Below are positions 27,030 to 39,639 of a stretch of 64,000 nt of DNA, one piece after another. This DNA is from Mobula hypostoma (Eukaryota), in assembly GCF_963921235.1 (NCBI RefSeq), contig NC_086107.1:107014001-107078000 (forward strand), given 5' to 3'. The first letter of the stretch is position 1, and the number at the start of each line of letters is the position of its first letter. Below the pieces are notes generated by a model. That model did not search any database, was not told where the DNA came from, and saw nothing but the letters and a program-made list of their open reading frames with translations. A program made the position numbers and the translations under genes.

Positions 27030-27465
27030 AAGACCATAAAATATAGGAACAGAATTAGGCCGGAGTCTGCTCTGTCATTTCATCGTGGCTGATCCACTTT
27101 TCCTTTCAACCCCAGTCTCCTGCCTTCTCTCTGTATCCCTTCATGCCCTGTCTAATCAAGAATCTATCAATCTCTGCCTTAAATATACATAGACACTTGG
27201 CCTCCACAGCCATCTGTGGCAACCAACTCCACAGATTCACCACTCTTTGGCTAAAGAAATTCTTCCTCATCTCTGTTCTAAAAGGGCACCCCTCTATTCT
27301 GAGGCCCTGTTCTCTAGTCCTAGACTCTCACACCCTGGGAAACATCCTCTCCACATCCGCTCTATCAAGGCCTTTCAACATTCGATAGCTTCCAATTAGG
27401 TCACCATCTTTCTACTGAATTCTAGCGAATAGAGGCCTAGAGCCATCAAACGCTCTTCACATGAC
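27030..27465 (-). mobile_element. CR1 3' fragment
   Basis: Antisense CR1 C-terminus with cataagac tail; same family at 29545-30000, 43430-43780 and 52095-52600. Confidence 0.85.
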
Positions 27466-28477
27466 AAGATATCTCAGAGTCTCTTGAATACCCCTAATGT
27501 ATCTGTCTCTCTCACCACCCTGGGTTCCATGTACCCACTACTCTCTGTGTAAAAAGCCTACCTCTGACATTGCCCCCGGTATAACGCCTGACATATTTTC
27601 ACATTATAGTCCAAACATAGCTTTGGGTGCTATGAGGAACTACCTGAAAGTGGGGTATATGGTGGTATCCTGGGTCTCGGCCCGAAACGCCAACTGTTTA
27701 TTCATTTCCATACACGCTGCCTGACCTGCTGAGTTCCTCCAGCATTTTGTCTGTATTGCTCTGGATTTCCAGCATCTGCAGACTCCCTCGCTTGTTTACG
27801 TTCTGAGTTCGCCCCCAATCTCGGGTGCGGCAAGAGGTAAGCTAGCCTTGTTGACCTCGGTCTTGATTCTGTGCTGGAGCAGTTGAAATTTTTGGAGGAG
27901 AGTTGAACATAACTAATGAGCATTGTCAGGGTACAACTATTGTTTCTCCTTCAGTTTTTTGGTGTTTTCTTTCTTGTGGCCAATTGGCGGGTGGGTGATC
28001 TGTTAACTTTTTGTGTGTAAGAGGGAGGGTTGGGGGATTTGATACTACTGTCCCTGTTCTTTTGTGCAAGTGAGGGATTGAGGATTGTTATTGTCACTTA
28101 TTTTTTTCTCTGCTGGTGAGGGAGCCGGGGATTGTTATTGTCACTTCTTCTGCGGCTGAGGGAGTGGGGGATTTTGAGGTCTGCGAGCTTTGTTTCTCTG
28201 CTTTTTCATGCCAGTTGAGGGGGAGTTGATGTCCTTTCTTTCATCAACTCCCATGGTCTTTCTGTATATAATGGCTATCTGGAGAAGACAAATATCAGAG
28301 TTGTATTGTACATGCATACTTTGACAATAAAATTGACCTTTGAACCTTTGGACTACTACAACGACTGAGGACAGCGGTTTTCATCACCCAGTCAGAGCCT
28401 GTGATCTGGAATGCACTGTCTGAAGTGACAGGGAAAGATAAAGATTCAGAATAGCTTTATTTGTCACAGGTACATAC

Positions 28478-28850
28478 AGTGGTAGGGTGGCGGGGTGGAG
28501 ATATGACCCTACCAAAGGAGGCGTAAGGCTCTCCTTCCATCCACTAGCCTGCAGGTCACTCTTGGGTAAGGTGCAGCACATGCTTAGCCCCCTGCTCAGG
28601 TCACGCAAAGCCATGGGAGCAGGTGGTGGATGGTTGTATCACAAATCCTGGTTATGCAGCCACTAACGCCAGGCAGACATTCTCTGAAGAGCATTGGCCA
28701 TGGCTGGGGTCACCCGTCTTGTAAAGTCACTGCCCAGGAGGCGGCAAAGGCAAACCGCTTCTGTAGAAAAATTTGCCAAGAGCAATCACGGTCACGGAGA
28801 GACCATGATCGCTCACGTCATATGACAGGGCAGATATTGAACGAGCGAAC
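28478..28850 (+). mobile_element. RTE-related short element (family A)
   Basis: Near full-length copy homologous to 53205-53630. Confidence 0.65.
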
Positions 28851-29544
28851 ATTCAGCGGAATGCATTGTTTGCGTCAAAGCAAACCAATGAGGATTGTGG
28901 TGCGGGTGTCCCATACTTCCGGCCCCAACATAGCAAGCCCACAACCTGCAGGTCCTTGGAATGTGGGAGGAAACCGGAGCACCCGTAGGAAACCCAGGCT
29001 GTCATGGGGAGAATGTACAAATTCCTTACAGGCAGTGGCAGGTTTTGAACCCTGATTTAACACGCTGGCGCTGTAACAGTGTTACGCTAACCGCGGCACT
29101 GTCATGCCGCCCCACGGCACATAGAAGAGGGTTCAATAAGGACTACGGAATGAATGTCTCAGGTCTCGGAATCTTGTTTCCTGGTTCCGATGAATCATTG
29201 ACTCTGTTTCTCCTGCCAGAGATGCTGTCCGATCTACCGAGTGCTCCCAGCATCTTCTGATTTTATTGTTAATGTCTGAAAATTTTCCTCATGATTTTCA
29301 CTTTCAGCTTCAACAGGAGCTTCTTAAAGTGACTTGGATGAAAAAGAGGACAAAATTTTCAGGACGGTGGGGAAGGGCAGGTAGACGGGTGAATTAAACA
29401 GCTTGTTCAAGGACCTAGCACGGCAATGAAGGGACGGACAGCCCCCAAGTGTGCTGTCTGTTCAAGTAATGGTGTATTCAGGTGACAACTTGAGTTGTTA
29501 AGCTGGCCAGAATGGAAATTCAGTTCAGTTCTGCTTTGGCTGTA

Positions 29545-30000
29545 ACCATAAGACCATAAGACCATAGATCACTGACATAGAAGAAGAATTAGGCCATTTG
29601 GCCCATCAAGTCTGCTCCACCATTCAGTAATGGCTGATTTATTATCCCTCTCAACCCCATTCTCCTGTATTCTCCCAGTAACCTTTGACACCTTTACTAA
29701 TCAAGAACCTATCAACCTCCACTTTAAATATACCCAAAATGATTTGGCCTCCACAGCTGTCTGTGGCAATGAATTGCACAGATTCACCAGCCTCTGGCTA
29801 AAGAAATTCCTCCTCATCTCTGTCCTCAAGGGACCTTCTTCTATTCTGAGACTGTGCCCTCTGGTTCTAGGCTCCCCCCACTACAGGAAACATCTTCTCC
29901 ACATCCACTCTATCTAGGCCTTACAATATTTGATTCCTTCCCCCCACTCATTCTTCTGAACTTTAGTGAGTATAGGCCCAGAGCCATCAGACACTCGTAA
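29545..30000 (-). mobile_element. CR1 3' fragment
   Basis: Antisense CR1 C-terminal coding remnant and tail. Confidence 0.85.
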
Positions 30001-31089
30001 CACTCCAGCATGAATCCCGTGTGGGCTGGGGCTGTGTGCCAAGTGTTGGGACACATTGAGTGTTTTGTTGTCAGATAGTCCAGAACAAACAGCAATGGTT
30101 GGCCTTGAGACAAGCACTCTCACTAACAGCAGTCGAAAGAGCTGATTCCTTGTGGTGAGTGAGGTAACTGAACCTCCTCGATTGTCTATCTATCTTGAAA
30201 TTCAATCGTGGGCATGCCAGACGTGTGTTATTCAATCAAATGTTGTCCCCGGTGTAGACCACATCACATCCTCACACTTCCTCTCTACATTGACTCCACC
30301 AGGTAACCGGGCGCAGGTGGGACAATAGATTCCTAGCCTGCGGCTTATCTAGACGCTGGGCCAGGAGGAGGCCATTTGCTGTTGTACCTTTCATATGGAC
30401 CACTAGCTCACTTCAGTTAACCTGTCCTTGCCCTGTAATTTCCAACGCTCTTGCCCAATGAGTGCCTCAGAGCCCAAGCCAATGTACTGCAGATGCTGGA
30501 AGCAGAAAATCTTGGAAATACTCAGCCTGCCGGGCAGCATCTGTGGAGAGTGAAACAGGCAATGTTTAAGGTCAAGGACCTCTGGTAATTGAGCCGTGTT
30601 ATCTTTGCTTCTCCATCCACAGGTGATACCTCGTCCACTGGACACTTCCAGTGTTGTGTAAAGAGCTCCAGTTGACTGCTCTGACTACAGTCAGAGTCCC
30701 ACCCCTGACGTGTGAAGATGCTTACTTTTCTCCCAGCCTGGATCTAGTTCTGAAGTTGTGTCCTTTGGTTTTGAATGGCCACTCTCATTCATTGAAGAGG
30801 TGGTTTACGAGACTCATCCCATTGAATCCTTGGACCATTCGATAAGATCATTGCTCAGTCTTCTGTGGAGGTCAATCACTTCAAGCTTCCTCATTTAACT
30901 CTTCATGTGCTGGTATTGGTCTGGTGAATCTGAGCTTTATCCCCTCCAAGGCAAGTAGCTCTTTCCTGAGTGTTAGGGCTTTTCTGATGAATGCTATCTC
31001 TGTTGCCCAACACTGAAATGAAGCACTGATTGAAGACCTGCGGGGCATACCCTGTGGTTGCATCTCACAATCCTAGCACTTTTGCCTCC

Positions 31090-31905
31090 AACCTAACATC
31101 GATTTCTCTGTCTTTGGATCATTTCTCTTCCTCCTCCTTCTCTGTTTTTCCATTCCCCATACCAGCTCCGCTCTTACCTTCTCTTCTCATCACTTGCCTA
31201 TCATTCCCTTCTGGTGCCCCCCACTTCCTTTTCTCCCATGGTCCACTCTCCTCTCCTATCAGATTCCCTCTTCTTCAGCCCTTTATCTTTCTATTTTCCA
31301 CCTATGATTGGGCGGGATGGTAATATAGTGGTTAGCACGACACCTTACAATACAGGAGACCTGGGTTCAATTCCCGTTGCTGCCTGTAAGATGTTTGTAC
31401 ATTCTCCCTGGGTGCTCCAGTATCCTCCCACAGTCCAAAGACCTACTGATTGCTAGGTCAATTGGTTATTGCAAATTGTCCTATGATTACACTAGAATTA
31501 CTTTGGGGATTACTGGGTGGCGTGACTCAAAGGGCCGGAAGGATTTGGGATATATTCCATGCTATCTCCCAATAAATAAAAATACTCCCAGCTTCTCACT
31601 TCATCTCTCCTTCCCCACCCACCCCCCTTCCCTCTCACCTATGCCCTGCTAGCTTGTACTCCTTCCCCTCTCCAACCTTCTTATTTTAGCTTCTTCCCCC
31701 TTCCTTTCCGGTTCTGACGAAGGTGGGGAGGAGAGGACGGGGGGGGAGGGGGGAGAGAGAGGGGAGAGGGGGGAGGGGTGGGGAGAGGGGTAGAAGGGGG
31801 AGAGGGGAGGGGAAGGGGAGAAGGGGGAGAAGAGGAGAGGGGGGAGGAGAGGGGATGGGGGGAGAGATGCTGCCTGGCCTGCTGAGTTTCCCCAGCATTT
31901 TGTGC
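31090..31905 (+). mobile_element. PLE pLTR-derived element split by a tRNA-SINE (~31310-31580) and carrying a G/A-rich expansion
   Basis: ccacctat...|SINE|...ctcccagcttctcacttc is contiguous in the copy at 1379-1410. Confidence 0.7.
31722..31867. repeat. Polypurine G/A-rich tract
   Basis: Many G3-G8 runs separated by a/ag. Confidence 0.95.
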
Positions 31906-32009
31906 AGAGAAAGTTTCCTATACTTTTTACTTCGAACTCCATACTTTGAACCACAGTAGGGGAGTATCAGATTCCTTCTTCATCTTTTCTTTTACCACCC
32001 ACTTGGCTT

Positions 32010-32340
32010 CTTTCCGGTTAAAAAAAACTCCCTCCCCCTCCTCGCTCTGGCCTCTTACCTCTTCTCATGTGCCTGGTGCCCCTCCTTCTTCCCTTCCTCC
32101 ACTCTCCTCTCCAATCAGATTCCTTCCTCTCCAGACCCTGACCTTTCCCACCCACCTGGCTTCACCCATCACCTTCCAGCTGGTCCTCCTTCCCCTCCCC
32201 CCCCCACTTTTTATTCTGGCATCTTCCCCCCTTCCGTTCCAGTCCTGATGAAGGGTCGCAGTCCAAAACGTCAACCGTTTATTCCTCTCCATGGATGCTG
32301 CCTGACCTACTGAGTTCCTCCAGCATTTTGTGTGTTACCT
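32010..32340 (+). mobile_element. PLE pLTR-derived fragment with mutated hammerhead
   Basis: cagtc-CTGATGA-agggtcgcagtcc-aAAAC-GTC at 32240-32272. Confidence 0.7.
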
Positions 32341-33584
32341 TGCATCTATCGTCTGACTGCACAGCAAGTGTAAGACTATATTCTGCATTCTGTTGTTCTT
32401 TTCCTTTGTTGTGCTGACGTGACAAAATGACCTGTACGGACAACCTAGGTATCAGTCTTGTAAGTTTTCACTAAGGTCAGCTTGTCCTTCCTTAAGTATA
32501 AAGACCAAATGTGGTTTCACCAAAGCCATGCTCATTCACAATAGGACTTCATCATTCTCTACACGATGCTCCTGAGCCATGTTTGGATTTATCGGCATTT
32601 GGGTTGGGTTAGTTCTTGAGGATGGAATGATCCCACAATCTACATGATGAAAGGAATGGTCTGTATAGTATTCCTTAGATTCCGATTCCAGATGAGAGTA
32701 TATGGGGGAAAGATTTGAACCCACAACTGTTTGACACAGAGGGATCACTTTGGTAAAGGTTTGCTTCATCTTCTGTTGGGGATGGTTTGAGTCATAGAGC
32801 ACTACAGCACCAAAACAGGCCATTCGGCCCATTTAGTTCATGTCAAACTATTATTTTGCCTAGTCCCGATGACCAGCACCGGACCATACCTCTCCCATCC
32901 AAACTTCTCTTAAATGTTGAAATCAAACCAACATTCACAACTTCCACTGGCATCCCGATTCACACTCTCACCACCTTCCGAGCACATTTTTCCAGCTGGT
33001 CCAGATCTCACTGCAAGTTTTGAAAACCTTCCTCGCTGTCCAGTACCAATCTGGGTGTCCTCTACAAGGGCTGTGAGTGGGTGGGGGTAGGAGGAGGAGG
33101 AGGAGGAATCAGAGGAGCACTGAAAGAGCAACATTTGAGATGGCAGGCATCCGTGGGCCTGACTACGACCAGGAGTGCAAGCTGGGGCAGACAGGACAAT
33201 GCCTATGTGCCACCTTTTGGCTACAATTCCATTCGGGGATTGGGATCCCATCTGTTTATCAATGCATTTCTCCAGCCTTTATGAGCTCCCAACCCACACG
33301 GTTGGCCTTTGGCTAATGGCCAGATGTTTAACTAGTGGTTAGCTCTCACCAAGAAGCGGACAGTATCAGTATTGATTAGTATAGATGAGTACACAGTGGC
33401 TAGCATGGGTTCAGTGGGCCGAAGGACCTGTATGCCTATTTTATGACTCTATGGGAAGGACCTTTTCTTTCTCTCTTGCCTATTGTAAGTCTCCCTCAAT
33501 TCCATTTAAAACCCGTGTAGTTATAAAGTCCATTACTTTGCAGGGTTAATAAGTGTCCACCATACAGGGTGTCCAGCACCTCTG

Positions 33585-34082
33585 GTGAAAGGGCTGATCG
33601 TGTCCAGTCTGGGACAGCTCACTCACCTTCAGTCTGTACCATTCACTAAGCTCTCAACTGTGACTCCAAGTATGTGCATGTGATAGCGGCCCCAACCCGG
33701 TACACCGCTTTGACAGGTGGGCTGGACCAGGTGAGAGTAGGTGGTGGCCTCATACTCCGGTGAGATAGGGACATGCCTGTCCCAGCATGCAAGGTTAGAT
33801 CTGGCGGACTGGGCGGATGAGATCTACAGTGAGGTCCAATGGCCAGGAAGGTGGGACTATTACACTCCATGGAGAGCGAAGGGCATGACGAGCCACAGAA
33901 GATGTCATGTTCCTCCACTGCAACCAAGGAAGACCCCAGTTTGTGATGCTTGTTCATACCACTAAACCCTGACTTCTGAGGTCGAGAGAGTGAACAGCCC
34001 CAGTGCAACAGCTTTTCCACTTCAAAAACTCTCCCGCACAGGTCCCCTGTCCTCGTCGGACAGCAAGGACGACCACCACCAT
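33585..34082 (+). mobile_element. Probable RTE-related short element (family B)
   Basis: GC-richer block ending in a gacgaccaccacc tail; family assignment by recall only. Confidence 0.4.
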
Positions 34083-34249
34083 ACATCTAATGGTTAATAT
34101 ACAATCGCACTACAAATACATGATTGCACTACATAATGCCATTAGGGGAGAGTTGACTGCCATCAAAATGGATATTATATTGGAAACCGAGGTTGGTTAT
34201 TTGTGTTAGTAATCTGGAAGCCTGAGATACCTTATAGACAGTACATTTC

Positions 34250-34720
34250 TGAGTGAAATCAGAAGCATGATGAAATCAGAAATCCAATGAAATAGTCAGA
34301 AATCTGATGAAATCAGAAACACGTTGAAATAGTCAGAAATCTGATGAAATCAGAAACATGATGAAATCAGAAATACGATGAAATCAGAAACACGTTGAAA
34401 TAGTCAGAAATCCGATGAAATCAGAAACATGATGAAATAATCAGAAATCTGATGAAATCAGAAATACGATGAAATCAGAAACACGTTGAAATAGTCCGAA
34501 ATCTGATGAAATCAGAAACACAATGAAATAATCAGAAATCCGATGAAATCAGAAACATGATGAAATCAGAAGCACGATGAAATCAAAAGCACAATGAAAT
34601 AGTCAGAAATGGGTCAAAATCAGAAACACGAAATCAGAAACACATTGAAACGGTCAGAAATACGAGGAAATCAGAAACACAATGAAATCAGAAACACGAT
34701 GAAATGGTCAGAAACACGAA
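34250..34720. repeat. 17/20-bp minisatellite (gaaatcagaaacacgat variants) abutting the exon 2 donor
   Basis: About 25 degenerate units of tgaaat(ag/aa t)cagaaa(cac/tcc)ga. Confidence 0.92.
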
Positions 34721-34735
34721 AGGAGGCAAACTTAC

Positions 34736-34819
34736 GTAAGAAGTATTCAGCTGCATCTGCTTCATAATCTGCGTCTTCCGGGAAGTGGTCAATCTGCTTA
34801 CATAACCCTTTAAAGTTTC
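34736..34819 (-). CDS. cacng2: cacng2 (stargazin / TARP gamma-2) coding exon 2
   Basis: Minus strand reads ...ttctcattgaacag|GAAACTTT...TTCTTAC|gtaagt; 84 bp, phase 1/1. Translates (G)[27 protein letters not shown](R), matching the recalled CACNG2 first extracellular loop. Joins exon 3 in frame (C|GC = Arg). Confidence 0.95.
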
Positions 34820-35167
34820 CTGTTCAATGAGAAACAGGGAGAAATAAGTGAACTTTTCCTGCATGAACCATTAGCACAGAACCAGGGGAATGAACCCAGC
34901 AAGAAAAGGTTGGAAATACTCAGCAGATCCGGCAGCATCTGTGGAGGGAGAAAGCACAGAGGACAGGCCTTCCAATGGAACTAAGAATCATTAACTATCA
35001 AACGTTTTTTTCAGTTGCAGACAAGGTGTTGAGGTGGGGGTTAGGGGTGGGGAGAATAAAGGGAAGGTCTATGATGTGGTGGAGAGACTAAATGACACAT
35101 GTGGTGTTGGTGGTGGGATGTGAAGGTATGTTAATTGTAGCTGATACATCTGGAGAAGGTGTAAATA

Positions 35168-36384
35168 CACTCAATGGCCACATTATTAGCTACCTATACC
35201 TAATAAAGTGGCCACAGATTGTACGTTCATGATCTTCTGCTGCTGTAGCCCATCCACTTCAAGGTTCAATGTGTTGTGCATTCAGAGATGCTCTTCTGTA
35301 CATCACTGTTGTAACACATGGTTATCTGAGTTACTGTCACCTTCCTGTCAGCTTGAACGAGTCTGATCATTCTCCTTTGATCTCTCTCATTGACCAGGCA
35401 TTTTCACCCACAGAACTGAATTGAATTGTATTTGAATTAAATTGAATTGACTTTATTACTTACATCCTTCACGTACACGTTACGTCTCCATTCAAATGTA
35501 TAACAGGATAGTCAATATAACATAGAAATACAGTTGCGTCAGCATGTTAATCAGTCTGATGGCCTGGTGGAAGAAACCGTCCCGGAGCCTGTTGATCCTG
35601 GCTTTAATGCTGCAGTGCTATTTCCTGGGTGGTAGCAGTTGGAACAGTTTGTGGTTGGGGTGACTCAGGTCACCAATGATCCTTTGGGCCCTTTTTACAC
35701 ACCTGTCTTTGTAAATGTCCTGAATAGTGGGAAGTTCACATCTACAGATGCGCTGGGCTGTCCGCACCACTCTCTGCAGAGTCCTGCGATTGAGGGAAGT
35801 ACAGTTCCCATACCGGGCAGTGATGCAGCCAGTCAGGATGCTCTCAATTATGCCACAGTAGAAAGTCCTTAGAATTTGGGGACTCATACCAAACTTCTTC
35901 AACCAACTGAGGTGAAAGAGGTGCTGTTGTGCCTTTTTCACCACGCAGCTGGTATGTACAGACCACGTGAGGTCCTTGGCGATGTTTATGCCGAGGAACT
36001 TAAAGCTGTTCACCCTCTCAACCCCAGATCCATTGATATCTATAAGGGTTAGCCTGTCTCCAATCCGCTCACCGAATGTATTTTTTTCGTTTTTCGCACC
36101 ATTCTCTGCAAACTCTAGAGACTGTTGTGCATGAAAATCCCAGGAGATCAGCAGTTTCTCAGATACTCAAACCACCCTGACTGGCAGCAAGATCGTTTCC
36201 CCGGTCAAAGTCACTCAAATCACATTTCTTACCCATTCTGATATTTGGTCTGAACACCAACTGAACCTCATGACCATGTCTGCGTGCTTTTATGCATTGA
36301 GTTGCAGCCACACGATTGGTTGATTAGATATTTGTACTGATGGGCAGATGTACAAGTGTACCTAATAAAGTGGCCACTGATGTG
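35168..36384. mobile_element. Tc1/mariner-like non-autonomous element interrupted by a minus-strand Rex1-type LINE (~35419-36064)
   Basis: TIRs ta|cactcaatggccacattattag ... cctaataaagtggccactga; homologous to 58515-59210. Insert ORF 35618..36013 FKFLGI..LTW..KKAQQ.L. Confidence 0.8.
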
Positions 36385-37105
36385 GAGGAGATGTTTGAAA
36401 TCAAAAATAGAGAGACAATATCCATGGACAACAATTGAAGCTGGGATATTCAGAAGCTACAGTTGCTGTAAATTGGAAATAAAAACAGAAAGTTCCGGAA
36501 GTCTGCAGCTGCGGAGGCATCCATGGAGGGGGAAGAAAGCAGTAAGTGTTGGCTTTTCATCAGATCTGGCCCTATTAACTGGAAAGGCAGATTACCTAAC
36601 GTTATTGAATTCAATGTTAAGTCCTCGGGGCTTTATTGTGCTTCATTAGAAGAGTTGTTCCCTGAGCCTATATTAGGCTTTGCAGGGACACAGTCAGATG
36701 CTAAAGTCAGAGAGATCGGAGAGGTATGGGATGGAGAATTAAAGCCACAGATATGTTGGGATAGAGATGTGAAAAGGAAGTTGAATTTCTTATGACAGAA
36801 GAGAGTCTGCGGATGCTGGAAATCTTGAGCGACACACGCACAGAATTCTGTAGGAACTCAGCAGGTCAGGCAGCATCTATGGAGCGGAATAATTAGCCTG
36901 ATCTGCTGAGTTCGTCCAGCATTTTGTGTTCGTCTTCCTCTTTAATATCTTATCCCGTGTATACGACAGAAGGCCTTACTATGATTATTTGAAATTATAT
37001 ATTTTAAATGATAAACACGAGAAATTCTGCTGGAAATCCAGAGCAACAAAGACAAAATGCTGGAGGAACTCAGCAGGTCAGGCGGTATCTACGGAAATGA
37101 ATAAA

Positions 37106-37143
37106 TAGTCGATGTTTCGGGCTGAGACCCTTCTTCAGAACTG
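37106..37143 (-). ncRNA. Minimal type I hammerhead ribozyme motif (sense to cacng2 pre-mRNA)
   Basis: cagtt-CTGAAGA-a-gggtctcagccc-GAAAC-ATC-gacta; core intact, helix III reduced to two potential pairs. Confidence 0.7.
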
Positions 37144-37815
37144 AAAAGGAAGGGGTAAAACACCAGAATAAAAAAGAAAATACTTACCCCTGAGGTGTCT
37201 AAAGTGCTACACCTGCCCATTCACCTCCTCCCTCACTTCCATTCAGGGCCCTAAACTGTCCTTCCAAGTGAGAAAACACTCCACCTGCCAATCTGCTGGG
37301 GTCACTTATTGTGCCTGGTGCTCCCGATGCCATCTCCTCTACACTGGTGAGACCCGTCGTAAACTGCAGGGCCCACTTCATCAAGCACCTCTGCTCCATT
37401 CGCCAAAAACGGGGCTTCCTGATGGCCAAGCATTTTAATTCTCATTCCCATCCCCGTTCCCGTTCTGACCTCCCCTTGTGCCAAGATGGGGGTACTCTCA
37501 GGCCACAGGAGCAGCATTTTATATTCCATCCAGGTAACCTCCTTTCTGATGGCATGAATTTCAATCTCTCCTTCCGGTAATTTTTTTCCTCCGCTCCCCT
37601 CTTCTTCTATTCCACACTCTGGCCTTTTACCTCCTCTCACCTGCCTATCACTTCCCCCTGGGTCCCTTTCTCCTATGGTCCACTCTCCTCTCCTATCAGA
37701 TTCCTTCTTCTCCAGCCCTTGACCTTTCCCACCCACCTGGATTCACCCATTGCCTTCCAGCTAGTCTCCTTCCCCTACCACACCTTCTTATTCTAGCATC
37801 TTCCCCCTTCCATTT

Positions 37816-37853
37816 CAGTCCTGAAGAAGGGAGGCGGCCCGAAACATAGACTG
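37816..37853 (+). ncRNA. Minimal type I hammerhead ribozyme motif
   Basis: cagtc-CTGAAGA-a-gggaggcggccc-GAAAC-ATA-gactg; helix I cagtc/gactg is perfect. Confidence 0.65.
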
Positions 37854-38495
37854 TTTATTCATTTCCCTAAATGCTGCCTGACCTGTTGAGTTCCTTCAGC
37901 ATTTTGTGTGTATCTTAAATGAGGTATTTCAAGATGATTCATTAATTTTGGGATCGAATGTAGGGATGGGTCATGGGGTTACCCCGGTGGGGATGACTTC
38001 TCAAAGCCTGCCCACCATGTGTGAGGCATGTCATGAGTGCAATGGAATATTCTCCCTTTACCCAGATGGGTACAGTTCTACCAACACCCAAGAGGCTTGA
38101 CGATGGCAATGGCAGCATAGCAGTTAATGTATCGCTTCACAGCTCCAGATTTCATCAGTCAGGAGTTCAATTCCCACCACCGCCTATAAGGAGTTTGTAT
38201 GTTCTCCCCGCGACTGCCTGGATTTCCTCTGGGTACTCTGATTCCCTCCCACATTCCATCATATGGTTAGGGTTAGTGAGTTGTGGGCATGCTACGTCGA
38301 TGCTGGAAGCGTGGCGACACTCGTGTGCTGACCAGTGCAATATTTGACTTGATGGAAATGGCATTTTCATTGGAGGTTTTGATATTCCAATATATATGTG
38401 ACAAATAAAGATAATTTTTCATCTTTAAGATCCAGGACAAGGAAGCCCGCTTGATTGTTACCCTAAACATTCAGTACCTTCACTTCCGTCTACAA

Positions 38496-39265
38496 CAGCG
38501 GTCCCCAACCACCGGGCCGCAAAGCATGTGCTACCGGTCCATGAGGAAACGATATGAGTCAGCTGCACCTTTCCTCATTCCCTGTCACGCACTGTTGAAC
38601 TTGAACACAGGGTTGCCAACTGTTCCGCGTTTGCCGGGACATCCCGTATATCGGGCTAAATTGGTTTGTCCCATACGGGACCGCCCTTGTCCTGTATTTC
38701 CCCCGTTAAGGAAAAGCATTCCTAGAAACCTTTCGTGCCGAAATGGCGTAAAGCGAAGAAGCAATTACCATTAATTTATATGGGAAAAATTTTTGAGTGT
38801 TCCTAGACCCAAACAATAACCCACCAAATCATACCAAATAACACATAAATCCAAAAATAACACTAACATATAGTAAAAGCAAGCATGATATGATAAACAC
38901 ACAGCCTATATAAAGAAGAAATAATGTATGTACAGTATAGTCGGGAAGATTAAGCCAAAACCGATTTGTGGGAAAAAAATCGGCACGTACGCGCATGCGC
39001 ACGTCACACATCACACATGCGCACAGGTGCCCGCGTAAGGCTTCATGGTCATGTCAGTCTCATTTGCGGTAAACACAAGTGTACCAGGATTTGACTGCTA
39101 CTTTTGTCCCTTGTTTGGGAGTGAGAAAGTTGGCAACCCTTACTGTTAAAGACATACTGAGGTGATTTTCACCCTACTTGAACAACTCGCCCACCGGTCG
39201 GCTGGTCCGCATGAATATTGACAATATTAAACCGCATTGCGGTGCGACAAAGGTTGGGGACCCCG
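38496..39265. mobile_element. hAT (Charlie-like) MITE with a nested second hAT-like MITE (38608-39141)
   Basis: Outer TIRs cagcggtccccaacc / ggttggggaccccg with 8-bp TSD gtctacaa / atctacaa; inner TIRs cagggttgccaact / agttggcaaccctt. Confidence 0.85.
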
Positions 39266-39639
39266 ATCTACAAAATGCAGTGCAGTTTCTTATCTATGCC
39301 ATACTGACCACAACAGGCAAACCTATGACTACTACCAAGAAAGGCAAAGACAGGGGAGTCAGGGCATCACCACCTCTCGTGGGTTCCTCTCCAACATCGT
39401 CCCTCCTTGGAAGTGTATCACTGTTCCTTTTTTGTCATTGGTTCTGAATCCTCGACTTCCCCAGCAATGAGGAATGAAATGCGTGGTCTGCCCTGAGCAT
39501 CATCTACTTCATCACAGATGGGGTGAGAATTGATCTCCCACCTAGGGGTAAGAACTCGAAGCTGGTGTGGGCCATTCAGCCAATTGACCCTGCTACACAC
39601 AATCTCCAGCAAATCTCAAAATGGCTGCCTCACCATCTG

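Larger units (their letters stand above)
37012..37910 (+). mobile_element. Penelope-like element 3' part (GIY-YIG remnant) with inverted pLTR and 12-bp TSD
   Basis: ORF 37311..37580 F.KHL.SIR...AKHFNSHSH...EQHFIF..G.L..DGMN; arms inverted; tattttaaatga (37000-37011) / tatcttaaatga (37911-37922). Confidence 0.88.

Noticed and set aside
33585..34082. Ribozyme fold in the family B element (and the related-looking block at ~40165-40530)
   Set aside because: Some complementary segments, but I could not build a complete HDV, twister or hammerhead fold.
34731..34740. Perfect palindrome cttacgtaag at the exon 2 donor
   Set aside because: A 10-bp coincidence of codons with the GTAAG consensus; no antisense exon evident.
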